Source of the DNA: Sulfolobaceae archaeon
GTDB lineage: Archaea; Thermoproteota; Thermoprotei_A; Sulfolobales; Sulfolobaceae
Direction: 5' to 3'
Length of the DNA: 64,000 bases
Assembly: GCA_038893355.1 (NCBI GenBank)
Contig: JAWARQ010000006.1
Coordinates: forward strand, 1-64,000
Below, piece by piece: positions 1-10,350 of the stretch. The notes under the pieces were generated by a model, which was not told the DNA's origin, did not search any database, and saw nothing but the letters and a program-made list of their open reading frames with translations. The translations under genes were made by a program, and so were the position numbers. Position 1 is the first letter of the stretch. Each line of letters starts with the position of its first letter.

Positions 1-2
1 AG

Positions 3-95
3 TGCCGCGGCCGGGATTTGAACCCGGGTCACGGGCTCGAGAGGCCCGCATACTTTCGGCACCGCGCAAGCTTGACCGGGCTATACTACCGCGGC
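3..95 (-). tRNA. tRNA-Glu(CUC) with an 18-nt non-canonical intron in the D-loop (about 53-70)
   Basis: Reverse complement GCCGCGGTAGTATAGCCCGGTCAAG[CTTGCGCGGTGCCGAAAG]TATGCGGGCCT-CTC-GAGCCCGTGACCCGGGTTCAAATCCCGGCCGCGGCA; removing 18 nt gives a 75-nt cloverleaf with anticodon CTC. Confidence 0.93.
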
Positions 96-164
96 TCTCT
101 GCAATGTTAACAAATAATCTTTGACTTTTATTTTTTTCGTATCTCCGAATTTTTTCTCCAGACT

Positions 165-446
165 CTTTCTAACAATCCATACGTAATAATAATTACCACC
201 AACAACGAGGACCTTAGTCTCATCAACAGCATAAAAGCCACTCAAGGGCACAACATACCTAACACTACTCAACCTCCTATAATAATAGAGCAAGGTGGAG
301 TGTGGTATCCTAGTTCTCCAAGAAGACAAGCCAGCGAGGTATTCGGCAAGGCTTAACGCAACTTCTTCCCTAGAGTGGAACCTAGGCTCAAAATTAATAT
401 ACTCCATTAGGATTATAATAACTTGGGTGAGCACGGGGTTCTCCAT
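165..446 (-). pseudogene. Truncated IS6-family DDE transposase (N-terminal ~93 codons only)
   Basis: YAVDETKV...YYYVWIVR first catalytic-Asp motif of IS6 transposases; similarity stops near 165 and the ORF runs into unrelated sequence and tRNA-Glu. Confidence 0.75.
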
Positions 447-499
447 TTAGTTGGGTTGTTCATCGCTCGCCCTCAAGAAAAATACCCGTGCTCACCCAA
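423..499. repeat. Perfect 15-bp inverted repeat bracketing the transposase start codon
   Basis: TTGGGTGAGCACGGG (423-437) and CCCGTGCTCACCCAA (485-499); ATG of transposase at 446-444 lies between them. Confidence 0.9.
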
Positions 500-580
500 A
501 AAGTATTACGATAAATTCTCCATCTAAGTAAAAACAATTAATACAATTTATTTCAAATGAACGAAATTGTTGTCCACACT

Positions 581-770
581 GATAGTGTCATCATTAGGGT
601 ATAAATTCTGGGATTAACATTCTCTCCATAAGACTAACGTTATAGAATATCTCATTATCTCCAAACTCTTCCTACGGTTGCAAATTTAGGTCTGTTGGAG
701 GCGAAGCTTGTAATGCCTACCCATAAGTAATACTCGTAATGCGAATAAATAGCTTAATGACGACACTATC
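581..770. mobile_element. 190-bp non-autonomous MITE with 16-bp terminal inverted repeats
   Basis: GATAGTGTCATCATTA (581-596) versus TAATGACGACACTATC (755-770), 15/16 complementary; no ORF; flanked by TCCACACT (573-580) and TCCAGACT (771-778). Confidence 0.8.
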
Positions 771-803
771 TCCAGACTGAAGTGAAAAAGATTTAGCTCT
801 AGA

Positions 804-876
804 AGCCGCCGGCGGGATTTGAACCCGCGACCACCGGCTTACGAGGCCGGCGCTCTACCGCCTAAGCTACGGCGGC
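804..876 (-). tRNA. tRNA-Thr(CGU)
   Basis: GCCGCCGTAGCTTAGGCGGTAGAGCGCCGGCCT-CGT-AAGCCGGTGGTCGCGGGTTCAAATCCCGCCGGCGGCT. Confidence 0.95.
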
Positions 877-906
877 ACGTTATATAATAATCTTCACGGC
901 TTAAAA

Positions 907-1857
907 ATGTTTAACGAATTATTTAATAGACTTAACTTGAAGTTAAGAGAGTTCGGTGAAAAGAGGTTTATTAATGAGTATATAATGGATAAAATAGTTA
1001 ATAAAAAGTATTTTTTAGATGCACAACTAGTTGAGGAGAATTTAGTGGTTAAGGTTGATGGTTTCCCTACTAAGTACATACTTCCATTTATGGATTATTT
1101 TGATTTAGGATGGAAGGCGGTAGTTTCAACTCTTAGTGATATGTTTTCTTTAGGGGTTAGAGCTAACTTTGGCTTATTATCAGTTGGTGTTGATCCGGAT
1201 ATAGAGGTAGAAGATTTAAAGCTCTTATTTGAAGGTGTCTCTAATGCATGTAAAAGTTATAATGTAGAGTTAGTTGGTGGTGATACTAACTCTGGGGATT
1301 GGATTGATTTTTTTGCTATAGGTAAGGCTCTATGTAAGAATCTCTTTAATCCTAAGCCTAGGGAGGGCGACTATGTTCTCCTTACTAATCCTATAGGCTA
1401 TACATCTTTAGTTTTTTATGAGTTCGCTACTGGCAAGAGTCTTAATCTACCAATAAAGTATTATACTAAGGTTAAACATCCTATACTAAATGTAGGAATA
1501 TTAGATATTATACGTAATAATTGTAATTATATTAATTATTCTACAGATATTAGTGATGGGATCCTCGTTACACTTTCCAGCTTTCATAATTTAACTGGAT
1601 TAGGAGTTGAAATAGAGAATTTAGGTTTTTCAGAGGAGGTTCTAGAGATTGCAAACTCTTTGTCTATTCCAATTGAAGAATTAGTTAAGTTCTCAGGAGA
1701 GGAATTTGAGAGTATTCTCGTAGTATCTGAAAGCGAGAAGCGTAATATTGTTAAAGAGTTAGAAGCGGTAGGCTTTGATCCGATAATAATTGGTAGGGTT
1801 ACTAGGGAGTGGAATGTTCAAGTTCATGGTTGGGATAATTATAAGGGTTGGTTTTAA
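907..1857 (+). CDS. thiL: Thiamine-monophosphate kinase (true start may be ~10 codons downstream)
   Basis: GEKRFI, GWKAVVSTLSDM, VGGDT and TDISDG motifs of the ThiL/PurM-like family. Confidence 0.85.
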   Translation: MFNELFNRLNLKLREFGEKRFINEYIMDKIVNKKYFLDAQLVEENLVVKVDGFPTKYILPFMDYFDLGWKAVVSTLSDMFSLGVRANFGLLSVGVDPDIEVEDLKLLFEGVSNACKSYNVELVGGDTNSGDWIDFFAIGKALCKNLFNPKPREGDYVLLTNPIGYTSLVFYEFATGKSLNLPIKYYTKVKHPILNVGILDIIRNNCNYINYSTDISDGILVTLSSFHNLTGLGVEIENLGFSEEVLEIANSLSIPIEELVKFSGEEFESILVVSESEKRNIVKELEAVGFDPIIIGRVTREWNVQVHGWDNYKGWF

Positions 1858-1926
1858 CCAAATATATGGTATATACAGTAGATTTCTTTAAATATATTTT
1901 AGTATATATTTTTGCCTTAGATAGAT

Positions 1927-3673
<1,747 letters not shown>

Positions 3674-3684
<11 letters not shown>

Positions 3685-4309
3685 AATACCTTATTACAAC
3701 TTCTTTTTTACATTCACATATTCTTGCATCTATTAACTTTAAAGTAGGAGAATCAGAACCTTCAAATCCTTCTCCTTCAGCAAATGATATCCCATTTCCG
3801 AAAATCCTAGGACTAATAGTTATAATTATCTCGTCATAGCAATTCTCTTTAATACAATTCCATATTAGCTTACCTCCGCCTTCTATCATAACCTTTTTTA
3901 CATTAAAATTATTGTATAAATCTTTTAAAACATTAGTAATAGAAAGATTATCAAGAATTCTAATCAAAACGTTCTTCCTTTCTAACTTTTCCTTTACTTC
4001 TCGATTATATGCTGGAGAAGTATAAACTATAGTAGGTGGTGGGACTTCAAAAATTCTATAAGAAGGATCAAAATTTAGCGTTGATGATAGCGTAACTCTA
4101 ATAGGGTCTTTACCCTTTACATACTTTAGCGTAAGTTTGGGGTTATCTATTCTTACAGTATTTGCTCCAACAATTATTGCATCAGATTCGGCTCTTATTG
4201 CATGTTGTCTCATTTTATCATATGGGCAACTTAATTCACTAAATCCGCTCTTTGAAGCCAGTTTTCCATCAACTGTAATTGTACTGAAGATTATGACATA
4301 TGGCTTCAT
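3674..4309 (-). CDS. arfC: 2,5-diamino-6-ribosylamino-4(3H)-pyrimidinone 5'-phosphate reductase (RibD C-terminal family)
   Basis: [30 protein letters not shown] motifs. Confidence 0.85.
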
Positions 4310-4512
4310 TTCTTTTGAATAGTTTTGCTTTGCTTTAATATAGTCTGCTTCAGTGAACCTTTAATTTTTAGATTTTTAAACCAGACCCTTAACTCGCAGT
4401 TTTCCCGTTTATAACATAATAGGCAACAGTCCATGCATACGTTAATTATTCGTATTTTACAATATTTAGTAATTGAATTTCTTCCGCATACCTCACATAA
4501 TTCTTCGAACAA
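4306..4512 (-). CDS. Small Cys-rich (zinc-finger-like) hypothetical protein
   Basis: [14 protein letters not shown]; overlaps both neighbours as part of an operon. Confidence 0.6.
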   Translation of the reverse strand: MFEELCEVCGRNSITKYCKIRIINVCMDCCLLCYKRENCELRVWFKNLKIKGSLKQTILKQSKTIQKK

Positions 4513-5038
4513 ATTTCTCTACCTTTCTACATTCTTTTGGGTTACATATGTATTTAACATTTAGCTCGAAGGGTGATATTTCTACAAAGCCTGAAATTAT
4601 ATAATCTTTATACTTTATTATCATTGAACCAGCTGTTGGGGTTTTAGAATTTATTAATATGATTTCGTTATTTAATATATATACTTTATCTCTTATTTCT
4701 ATACTTATAGGTAGAGGATTATATTTCCTCCCTTTACATTCACCATGCCTTATTGAGATAGAGTCTGGGTAATGTGCTATAACCTTAGGTTTAAAAATCT
4801 CATAAATTATCCATCCACCTCCAGTGTTTTCTACTCTACAATCAGTGAGTATCAGATATTCTATACTTGCATTAAATCTAGTTTTTATTTCTAGCAAAGA
4901 CTGTATTAATAAATCTGCTGAACTCCCATCTGTTGAATTTACTATACATAGTCTATTATTATTCAATAATAGTAAATATACATTATTTAAATTTGGTAGT
5001 GATATAGAATAAATATTGTCACCTACTCTTGCTATCAT
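4493..5038 (-). CDS. Metallo-beta-lactamase-fold protein with degenerate metal motif
   Basis: NVYLL...ILTDCRVENTGG...VIAH...TPTAGS mirrors THxHxDHxGG...TPGH but lacks the His ligands. Confidence 0.6.
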   Translation of the reverse strand: MIARVGDNIYSISLPNLNNVYLLLLNNNRLCIVNSTDGSSADLLIQSLLEIKTRFNASIEYLILTDCRVENTGGGWIIYEIFKPKVIAHYPDSISIRHGECKGRKYNPLPISIEIRDKVYILNNEIILINSKTPTAGSMIIKYKDYIISGFVEISPFELNVKYICNPKECRKVEKFVRRIM

Positions 5039-5742
5039 ATACTAAAAATGTACCTAATTGGAAAATTTATTATCTTACTCCACTCATTTCCAACTACGAC
5101 TATTGTAAATACAGCATAAACTTCTGCATTTCTTCTCCTTATTAGATTTGCGAGTGTGTGTACTGTTTTACCTGTCCTTACTACATCATCAACTATTAGT
5201 GTTTTATCACCTCTATTTAGTAAATCTTTCCTAAGATATAAGTTACTTACATAACCCTTACTCTCCATTATATTCTCTTCTATATACTCTAATTCTACAC
5301 TTTCCTTATACTTTCTGGCTATAACCAGGGGTGCATTTAATATTATTGATGCTATTGTTGCAAACGGAATTCCATTTGAAGCAACTGTGATTATCTTAGA
5401 TATTTTAGTTTTAAAATCTTCTAAATAATTTTCCATAAGTATCTTTAAAATACTTGGAAATTGTAATAACCAGCTGGTATCAACATATCCATCTTTATAT
5501 ATTTTTATTTTATTTTTAAAGAATTCCAGAATAAAGCCCTTAGATTTAATCTTCTCTATTATATCTATTGCCTGCACCTCACTAGGTATCGTAACTCCAT
5601 TTACGTATCTACATATAAGACTTTCTTGTATTCCGAGCATAGTAGATAGATCCTTATAAGTATACACATTTTTTAATTCTCTAAGTAGATCAACAGCTAA
5701 TAACCTTAGCCTTAGTTCCTTATCTTTATTCTGAAGATATAT
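5035..5742 (-). CDS. HTH + phosphoribosyltransferase (PurR-like) protein; probable non-canonical ATA start
   Basis: HTH TYKDLSTMLGIQESLICRY, PRPP motif LIVDDVVRTGKT; frame stays open 25 codons upstream of GTG 5667 to ATA 5742, next to GGTGGTGA. Confidence 0.8.
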   Translation of the reverse strand: MYLQNKDKELRLRLLAVDLLRELKNVYTYKDLSTMLGIQESLICRYVNGVTIPSEVQAIDIIEKIKSKGFILEFFKNKIKIYKDGYVDTSWLLQFPSILKILMENYLEDFKTKISKIITVASNGIPFATIASIILNAPLVIARKYKESVELEYIEENIMESKGYVSNLYLRKDLLNRGDKTLIVDDVVRTGKTVHTLANLIRRRNAEVYAVFTIVVVGNEWSKIINFPIRYIFSI

Positions 5743-5769
5743 AAGTCACCACCCTCATATATTAATTAT

Positions 5770-5820
5770 AATGATCGAGATCTTAAGCGCTGAGTGATGA
5801 GGAAAAACCCACGCTGTGAT
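5770..5820 (+). ncRNA. Possible box C/D sRNA
   Basis: ATGATCG-AGATCTTAAGCG-CTGA-G-TGATGA-GGAAAAACCCACG-CTGTGA: perfect internal D'/C', degenerate terminal boxes, GC-richer than flanks. Confidence 0.45.
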
Positions 5821-5821
5821 T

Positions 5822-7240
5822 TTAACCCTCTAACTTTTTCTTTATTAACTCATAAGTTAATTGAGGGTCGGCACGCTTACCGGTTTTCTTCATTACTTTG
5901 CCTACTAAATAGTTTATAACCTTTGGATCCTTCTTAGCCTTCTCAGCTGCTTCTTTCTCCTCGATAATTACTTCCTCTACAATTTTCTGTAAATAGTTAA
6001 CATCTGTAATTGCAACCATTTCCTTTTCTTTAATAATTTCTGATGGCATTTTTCCCTCGTATACAATAATTGGTAAGATCTCCTTTGCTTGCTTGATAGT
6101 TATAATACCTTTTTCTAGGTAATCTAATAATTCTTTTATGTGGTTTGGTGTTGCTTTAGATTGTGAAGCTCTAAGGTTTTTCTCATTTAACCAACGTAAA
6201 TAGTCATTTATAAGTAAATTTACTAATCTTTTATAGTTTGTATAAGACTTTGCAACTTCTTCAAATAAATCTGCTAAAGCTTTATCCATTACTAATACTG
6301 TTGCTTCATAGCTTGAAATTCCATACTGTCTAACTAGCCTTTCTATCCTAGCATCTGGTAATTCTGGTAATAGTGATTTTAATTCGTTAATGAGGTTAGG
6401 GGATATAATGTAAGGTGGAAGATCTGGATCGGGGAAATATCTATAATCTTCCTCAAATTCCTTCAATCTAGTAGGTACTGTAACTTTTCTATTAGAATCC
6501 CAATGTCGAGTTTCCCTCTTTACTGGTAAACCTTGAAGAACTGCAGCTTTTTGTCTCGCTATTTCATATCTTATTGCCTCTTCAACATCCTTAATTGAAC
6601 CTATATTTTTTATCTCAACTCTTTCACCACCTTCTACAGAAACGTTTGCATCTACTCTCAATGCGCCTTCTTTTGTAGTTTCTGTTACTCCTACATGTTC
6701 TAATATTGTCCTTAATTTTTCTAGAAATTCTCTCGCCTCTGCAGGCTCGCTCATGTCAGGCTCTGTTACTATCTCAAGCATAGCTATCCCCGACCTATTA
6801 TAATCGATTAAGGTATATCTACTAGTTAGCATTGATCCAGTGGGATAGACTATTCTAGCTGGGTCTTCTTCTATATTAATCCTCCTAATTCTTACAATTT
6901 TATCTCCCTTTAATCTAATCCATCCGTCTCTTGCGATAGCTATACTACCTGGTCCATCGTACTGCGAAATCTGATAATTTTTAGCCATATCTGGATAAAA
7001 GTAATGTTTCCTCGTAAAGACTAATTTGTCAGCTATTTTACAATTTAATGCTAATGCCGTAAGTATTGCTAATTTAACTGCTTTTTCATTAGGTACTGGT
7101 ATTGCACCAGGCAACCCGAGGCATACTGGACATACTACTGTATTTGGCTCCTTTCCTTCATAAGAAGAAGGACAAGAACAAAATAATTTTGTTTTTAGAG
7201 TAGTAAGATGAACATGTACTTCTAAACCTATTTTTGGCAA
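5822..7240 (-). CDS. gatB: Asp/Glu-tRNA amidotransferase subunit B
   Basis: IGLEVHVHL, KLFC, RKHYFYPD, DYNRSG, YRYFPDPD. Confidence 0.97.
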   Translation of the reverse strand: MPKIGLEVHVHLTTLKTKLFCSCPSSYEGKEPNTVVCPVCLGLPGAIPVPNEKAVKLAILTALALNCKIADKLVFTRKHYFYPDMAKNYQISQYDGPGSIAIARDGWIRLKGDKIVRIRRINIEEDPARIVYPTGSMLTSRYTLIDYNRSGIAMLEIVTEPDMSEPAEAREFLEKLRTILEHVGVTETTKEGALRVDANVSVEGGERVEIKNIGSIKDVEEAIRYEIARQKAAVLQGLPVKRETRHWDSNRKVTVPTRLKEFEEDYRYFPDPDLPPYIISPNLINELKSLLPELPDARIERLVRQYGISSYEATVLVMDKALADLFEEVAKSYTNYKRLVNLLINDYLRWLNEKNLRASQSKATPNHIKELLDYLEKGIITIKQAKEILPIIVYEGKMPSEIIKEKEMVAITDVNYLQKIVEEVIIEEKEAAEKAKKDPKVINYLVGKVMKKTGKRADPQLTYELIKKKLEG

Positions 7241-7250
7241 ATAACCTCCC

Positions 7251-7511
<261 letters not shown>

Positions 7512-7568
7512 TCATTTTTGTAACTCTAAATATTTATATTTGACCTCTACATTTTATACCGATTTATA

Positions 7569-7757
7569 ATGGTACAAATTAGACGATGTAGTTTTTGTGG
7601 ACATGAAATACAGCCGGGTACAGGGTTAATGTATGTGAGGAACGATGGGACTATTTTATGGTTCTGTTCTAGAAGATGCAGAGTATATATGTTACAGCAG
7701 AGAAAAGACCCTAAAAAACTTAAGTGGACTACATACTATATGAGGATGATGAAATAA
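7569..7757 (+). CDS. rpl24e: 50S ribosomal protein L24e
   Basis: CSFCG..PGTG.MYVRNDG..FCS..C, KLKWT. Confidence 0.95.
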   Translation: MVQIRRCSFCGHEIQPGTGLMYVRNDGTILWFCSRRCRVYMLQQRKDPKKLKWTTYYMRMMK

Positions 7758-8200
7758 TGGCAATCCAAAGAACTTTTGTAATGATTAAACCGGATGGGGT
7801 AAGAAGAAAACTAGTAGGTGAGATAATTTCTAGATTTGAGAAAAAAGGTTTTGAAATAGTTGCATTAAAGCTTGTAAGGATGGATAGGAAGACTGCCGAA
7901 AAATTGTATGAAGAGCATAATGGTAAACCATTTTTTAATGACTTAATTTCTTATGTAACCTCAGGACCGGTAGTTTGTATGGTTATTGAAGGAGAAGATG
8001 CAGTAAGTATTGTGAGAAAAATGATAGGTGCAACAAATCCTAAGGAGGCACTTCCAGGGACTATAAGAGGAGATTATGCGATTTCTATTAATGAGAATGT
8101 AATTCATGCATCCGACTCAGTAGAGAAGGCAAATAGGGAGATTTCTATATTCTTTACTGAAGAAGAATTAGGTTTAAAGCTTGATGTTAAGAGCATATAA
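7757..8200 (+). CDS. ndk: Nucleoside-diphosphate kinase
   Basis: [24 protein letters not shown]; ATG overlaps rpl24e stop. Confidence 0.96.
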   Translation: MAIQRTFVMIKPDGVRRKLVGEIISRFEKKGFEIVALKLVRMDRKTAEKLYEEHNGKPFFNDLISYVTSGPVVCMVIEGEDAVSIVRKMIGATNPKEALPGTIRGDYAISINENVIHASDSVEKANREISIFFTEEELGLKLDVKSI

Positions 8201-9964
8201 TGGGTCATTTTTTCTCTTTATTTTAATAATCTCTTTTATAACCTCCTTCATATCTTCAGTGATTGTATCTTTAAATTTATTAACGAGAATTTCTAGATCC
8301 TCAGCTGGGACGTCTGTATATAAGACCTCTCCCTCTTCAACTTGTCTTCCTACCATTATGTTTCCCTTTATTGATATTGCAACACTCATACCCTTTATCG
8401 CCTTATCAATCGACTTTTTCCTATCTTGAATTTGTATAACTTCACCTATTCTTTTACCATCTTCTTTCATTAATGGCTGCTTTGGCCTTAATATTCCTCC
8501 TAATACCTCAATACCAACTATTACTGGATCACTTCTCCTAAATACATATCCTGGTAATATCTTAATTTTTGCTGGTAGTACAATATTTTCAAGTGTTTTT
8601 CTCTTTTCTTGCTCCCTTACCTCTTGTATGTACTTCTCTAAATCTTCGATTAATTGATAAATAATTTCTCCGTATATTACCTTAACCCTTGAGGTGTCAA
8701 CACCTTGTAAGGTTTTTACTCTAAATGCGAGGATGACAGAGTATTCCTTTGAAGTGTTACCAACTATTTCTGCTTCTAACACATCCCTTTTACTTATTGG
8801 ACCTATATCCGCAATCCTAACTGGGATATTTCTTCTCTTCAGTGCGTCTAAAATTGCTTCTAAAGCTCCGAGGCTATCTGCCTTTACTACAACTCCTATG
8901 TTCTCACTGTAAAACTTTACTTTATTTATCTCTTCCTCTATGATTCTTTTATATTCCTCTATTTTTTCTTCAGATTCTACTACGTATAATGGTGATCCAG
9001 CTATAGCATCTTCTATATCTGGTGCTAATATTTTAACTCCAGCAGCTGCATAAGCTACTTCTATTGGTGTAAAATCACTTTTTGCAACTCTCATATCTTG
9101 TAATGGCCTAGGAATGAAGATGCTTCTTACTTTTGTTACTATTACTCTATTTAATCCTCCAAGAATTATTGTATCATTTTTCTTTAAAATACCATCGTAT
9201 ATAATTACATCAAGCGTGTGTCCTAGTCCTTGTTCTTCTTTAACTTCAAGTACAACACCTTTAGCAGGGCCTTCTGCAAACCTTAATCTATTTTCCATAT
9301 ACCTTTGTGTAAGGCCTGCTAGTAACGCTAGTAGCTCTGGTATTCCCTCGCCAGTCTTGGCAGATACTGGAACTATCGCAACATTTCTAGTAAAGTCTTT
9401 TATTCTATCAAACCTTTCAGAATTAAATCCTACCTCGGCAAGTTGAAGTACTAGCTTATATATTAAATTATCTAGGTACTTCTGTACCTCAGGCTTTTGT
9501 AATGCAATAGTAGATAAGAACGGTAAATTCTCATTAGGTTTCCATCCTGGAATTCTGTCTATCTTATTTGCAGCAACTACAAACGGTACTTTTCTTGATT
9601 TTAATATCTCAATTGATTCGTAAGTTTGCTTCTGAAAACCTTCGATAATATCTACTACTAGTATTGCTATATCTGCGACGCTCCCGCCTCTTCTCCTTAA
9701 GTTACTGAAGAGCTCATGACCTGGAGTGTCTATAAACAGAAGACCTGGTATTTGCAACTTTATTGGTATTATTTTCTTTAGTGGTTCTGCAAGTTTTTCT
9801 ATTACGGATGTAGGTACGAAACTTGCTCCAACTTCTTGTGTCATTTCTCCTACTTCCTTTTTAACGACTGCAGTACCTCTTATCTTATCTAATAAGGTCG
9901 TTTTACCATGATCTACATGTCCTAAAACCACTACTATAGGTTGTCGAAGTACTCTCATTTTCAA
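8174..9964 (-). CDS. infB: Translation initiation factor aIF5B (IF-2)
   Basis: [19 protein letters not shown] GTPase motifs. Confidence 0.97.
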   Translation of the reverse strand: MKMRVLRQPIVVVLGHVDHGKTTLLDKIRGTAVVKKEVGEMTQEVGASFVPTSVIEKLAEPLKKIIPIKLQIPGLLFIDTPGHELFSNLRRRGGSVADIAILVVDIIEGFQKQTYESIEILKSRKVPFVVAANKIDRIPGWKPNENLPFLSTIALQKPEVQKYLDNLIYKLVLQLAEVGFNSERFDRIKDFTRNVAIVPVSAKTGEGIPELLALLAGLTQRYMENRLRFAEGPAKGVVLEVKEEQGLGHTLDVIIYDGILKKNDTIILGGLNRVIVTKVRSIFIPRPLQDMRVAKSDFTPIEVAYAAAGVKILAPDIEDAIAGSPLYVVESEEKIEEYKRIIEEEINKVKFYSENIGVVVKADSLGALEAILDALKRRNIPVRIADIGPISKRDVLEAEIVGNTSKEYSVILAFRVKTLQGVDTSRVKVIYGEIIYQLIEDLEKYIQEVREQEKRKTLENIVLPAKIKILPGYVFRRSDPVIVGIEVLGGILRPKQPLMKEDGKRIGEVIQIQDRKKSIDKAIKGMSVAISIKGNIMVGRQVEEGEVLYTDVPAEDLEILVNKFKDTITEDMKEVIKEIIKIKRKNDPLYALNIKL

Positions 9965-10086
9965 TTATTCCTCAAATATCTATTCAAACAACATTCAATC
10001 TTAAAACTACTCGTGAACAACAAACTGTAACTCTTTTAAACTCAAATTCATATGTTTTAGTGCTCTAGATAAAGGTGTTAAGTAAT

Positions 10087-10344
10087 ATGCCTTCATCTTC
10101 TAGTAAGAAAAAATTTGATCCTTCTATTCATAAGTATGTACCTAAACATGAATTATTAAGTCTAGAGGAAGCTTATGTTATACTTAAAAAATTAGGTGTT
10201 AAACCAGAGCAGTTACCATGGATTAGAGCTTCAGACCCTATAGCTAAAAAACTTGGGGCTAAGCCAGGAGATATAATAAGAATTATAAGGAAAAGTCCTG
10301 TAGCTGGAGAAATCATCGCATATAGATATGTAGTAAGCGGGTAA
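10087..10344 (+). CDS. rpoH: RNA polymerase subunit Rpo5 (H)
   Basis: [21 protein letters not shown]. Confidence 0.95.
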   Translation: MPSSSSKKKFDPSIHKYVPKHELLSLEEAYVILKKLGVKPEQLPWIRASDPIAKKLGAKPGDIIRIIRKSPVAGEIIAYRYVVSG

Positions 10345-10350
10345 GTAAAA

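Noticed and set aside
81-164. C-terminal part of the 121-aa ORF
   Set aside because: Read-through past the transposase breakpoint into the tRNA-Glu promoter and gene; not a real coding region.
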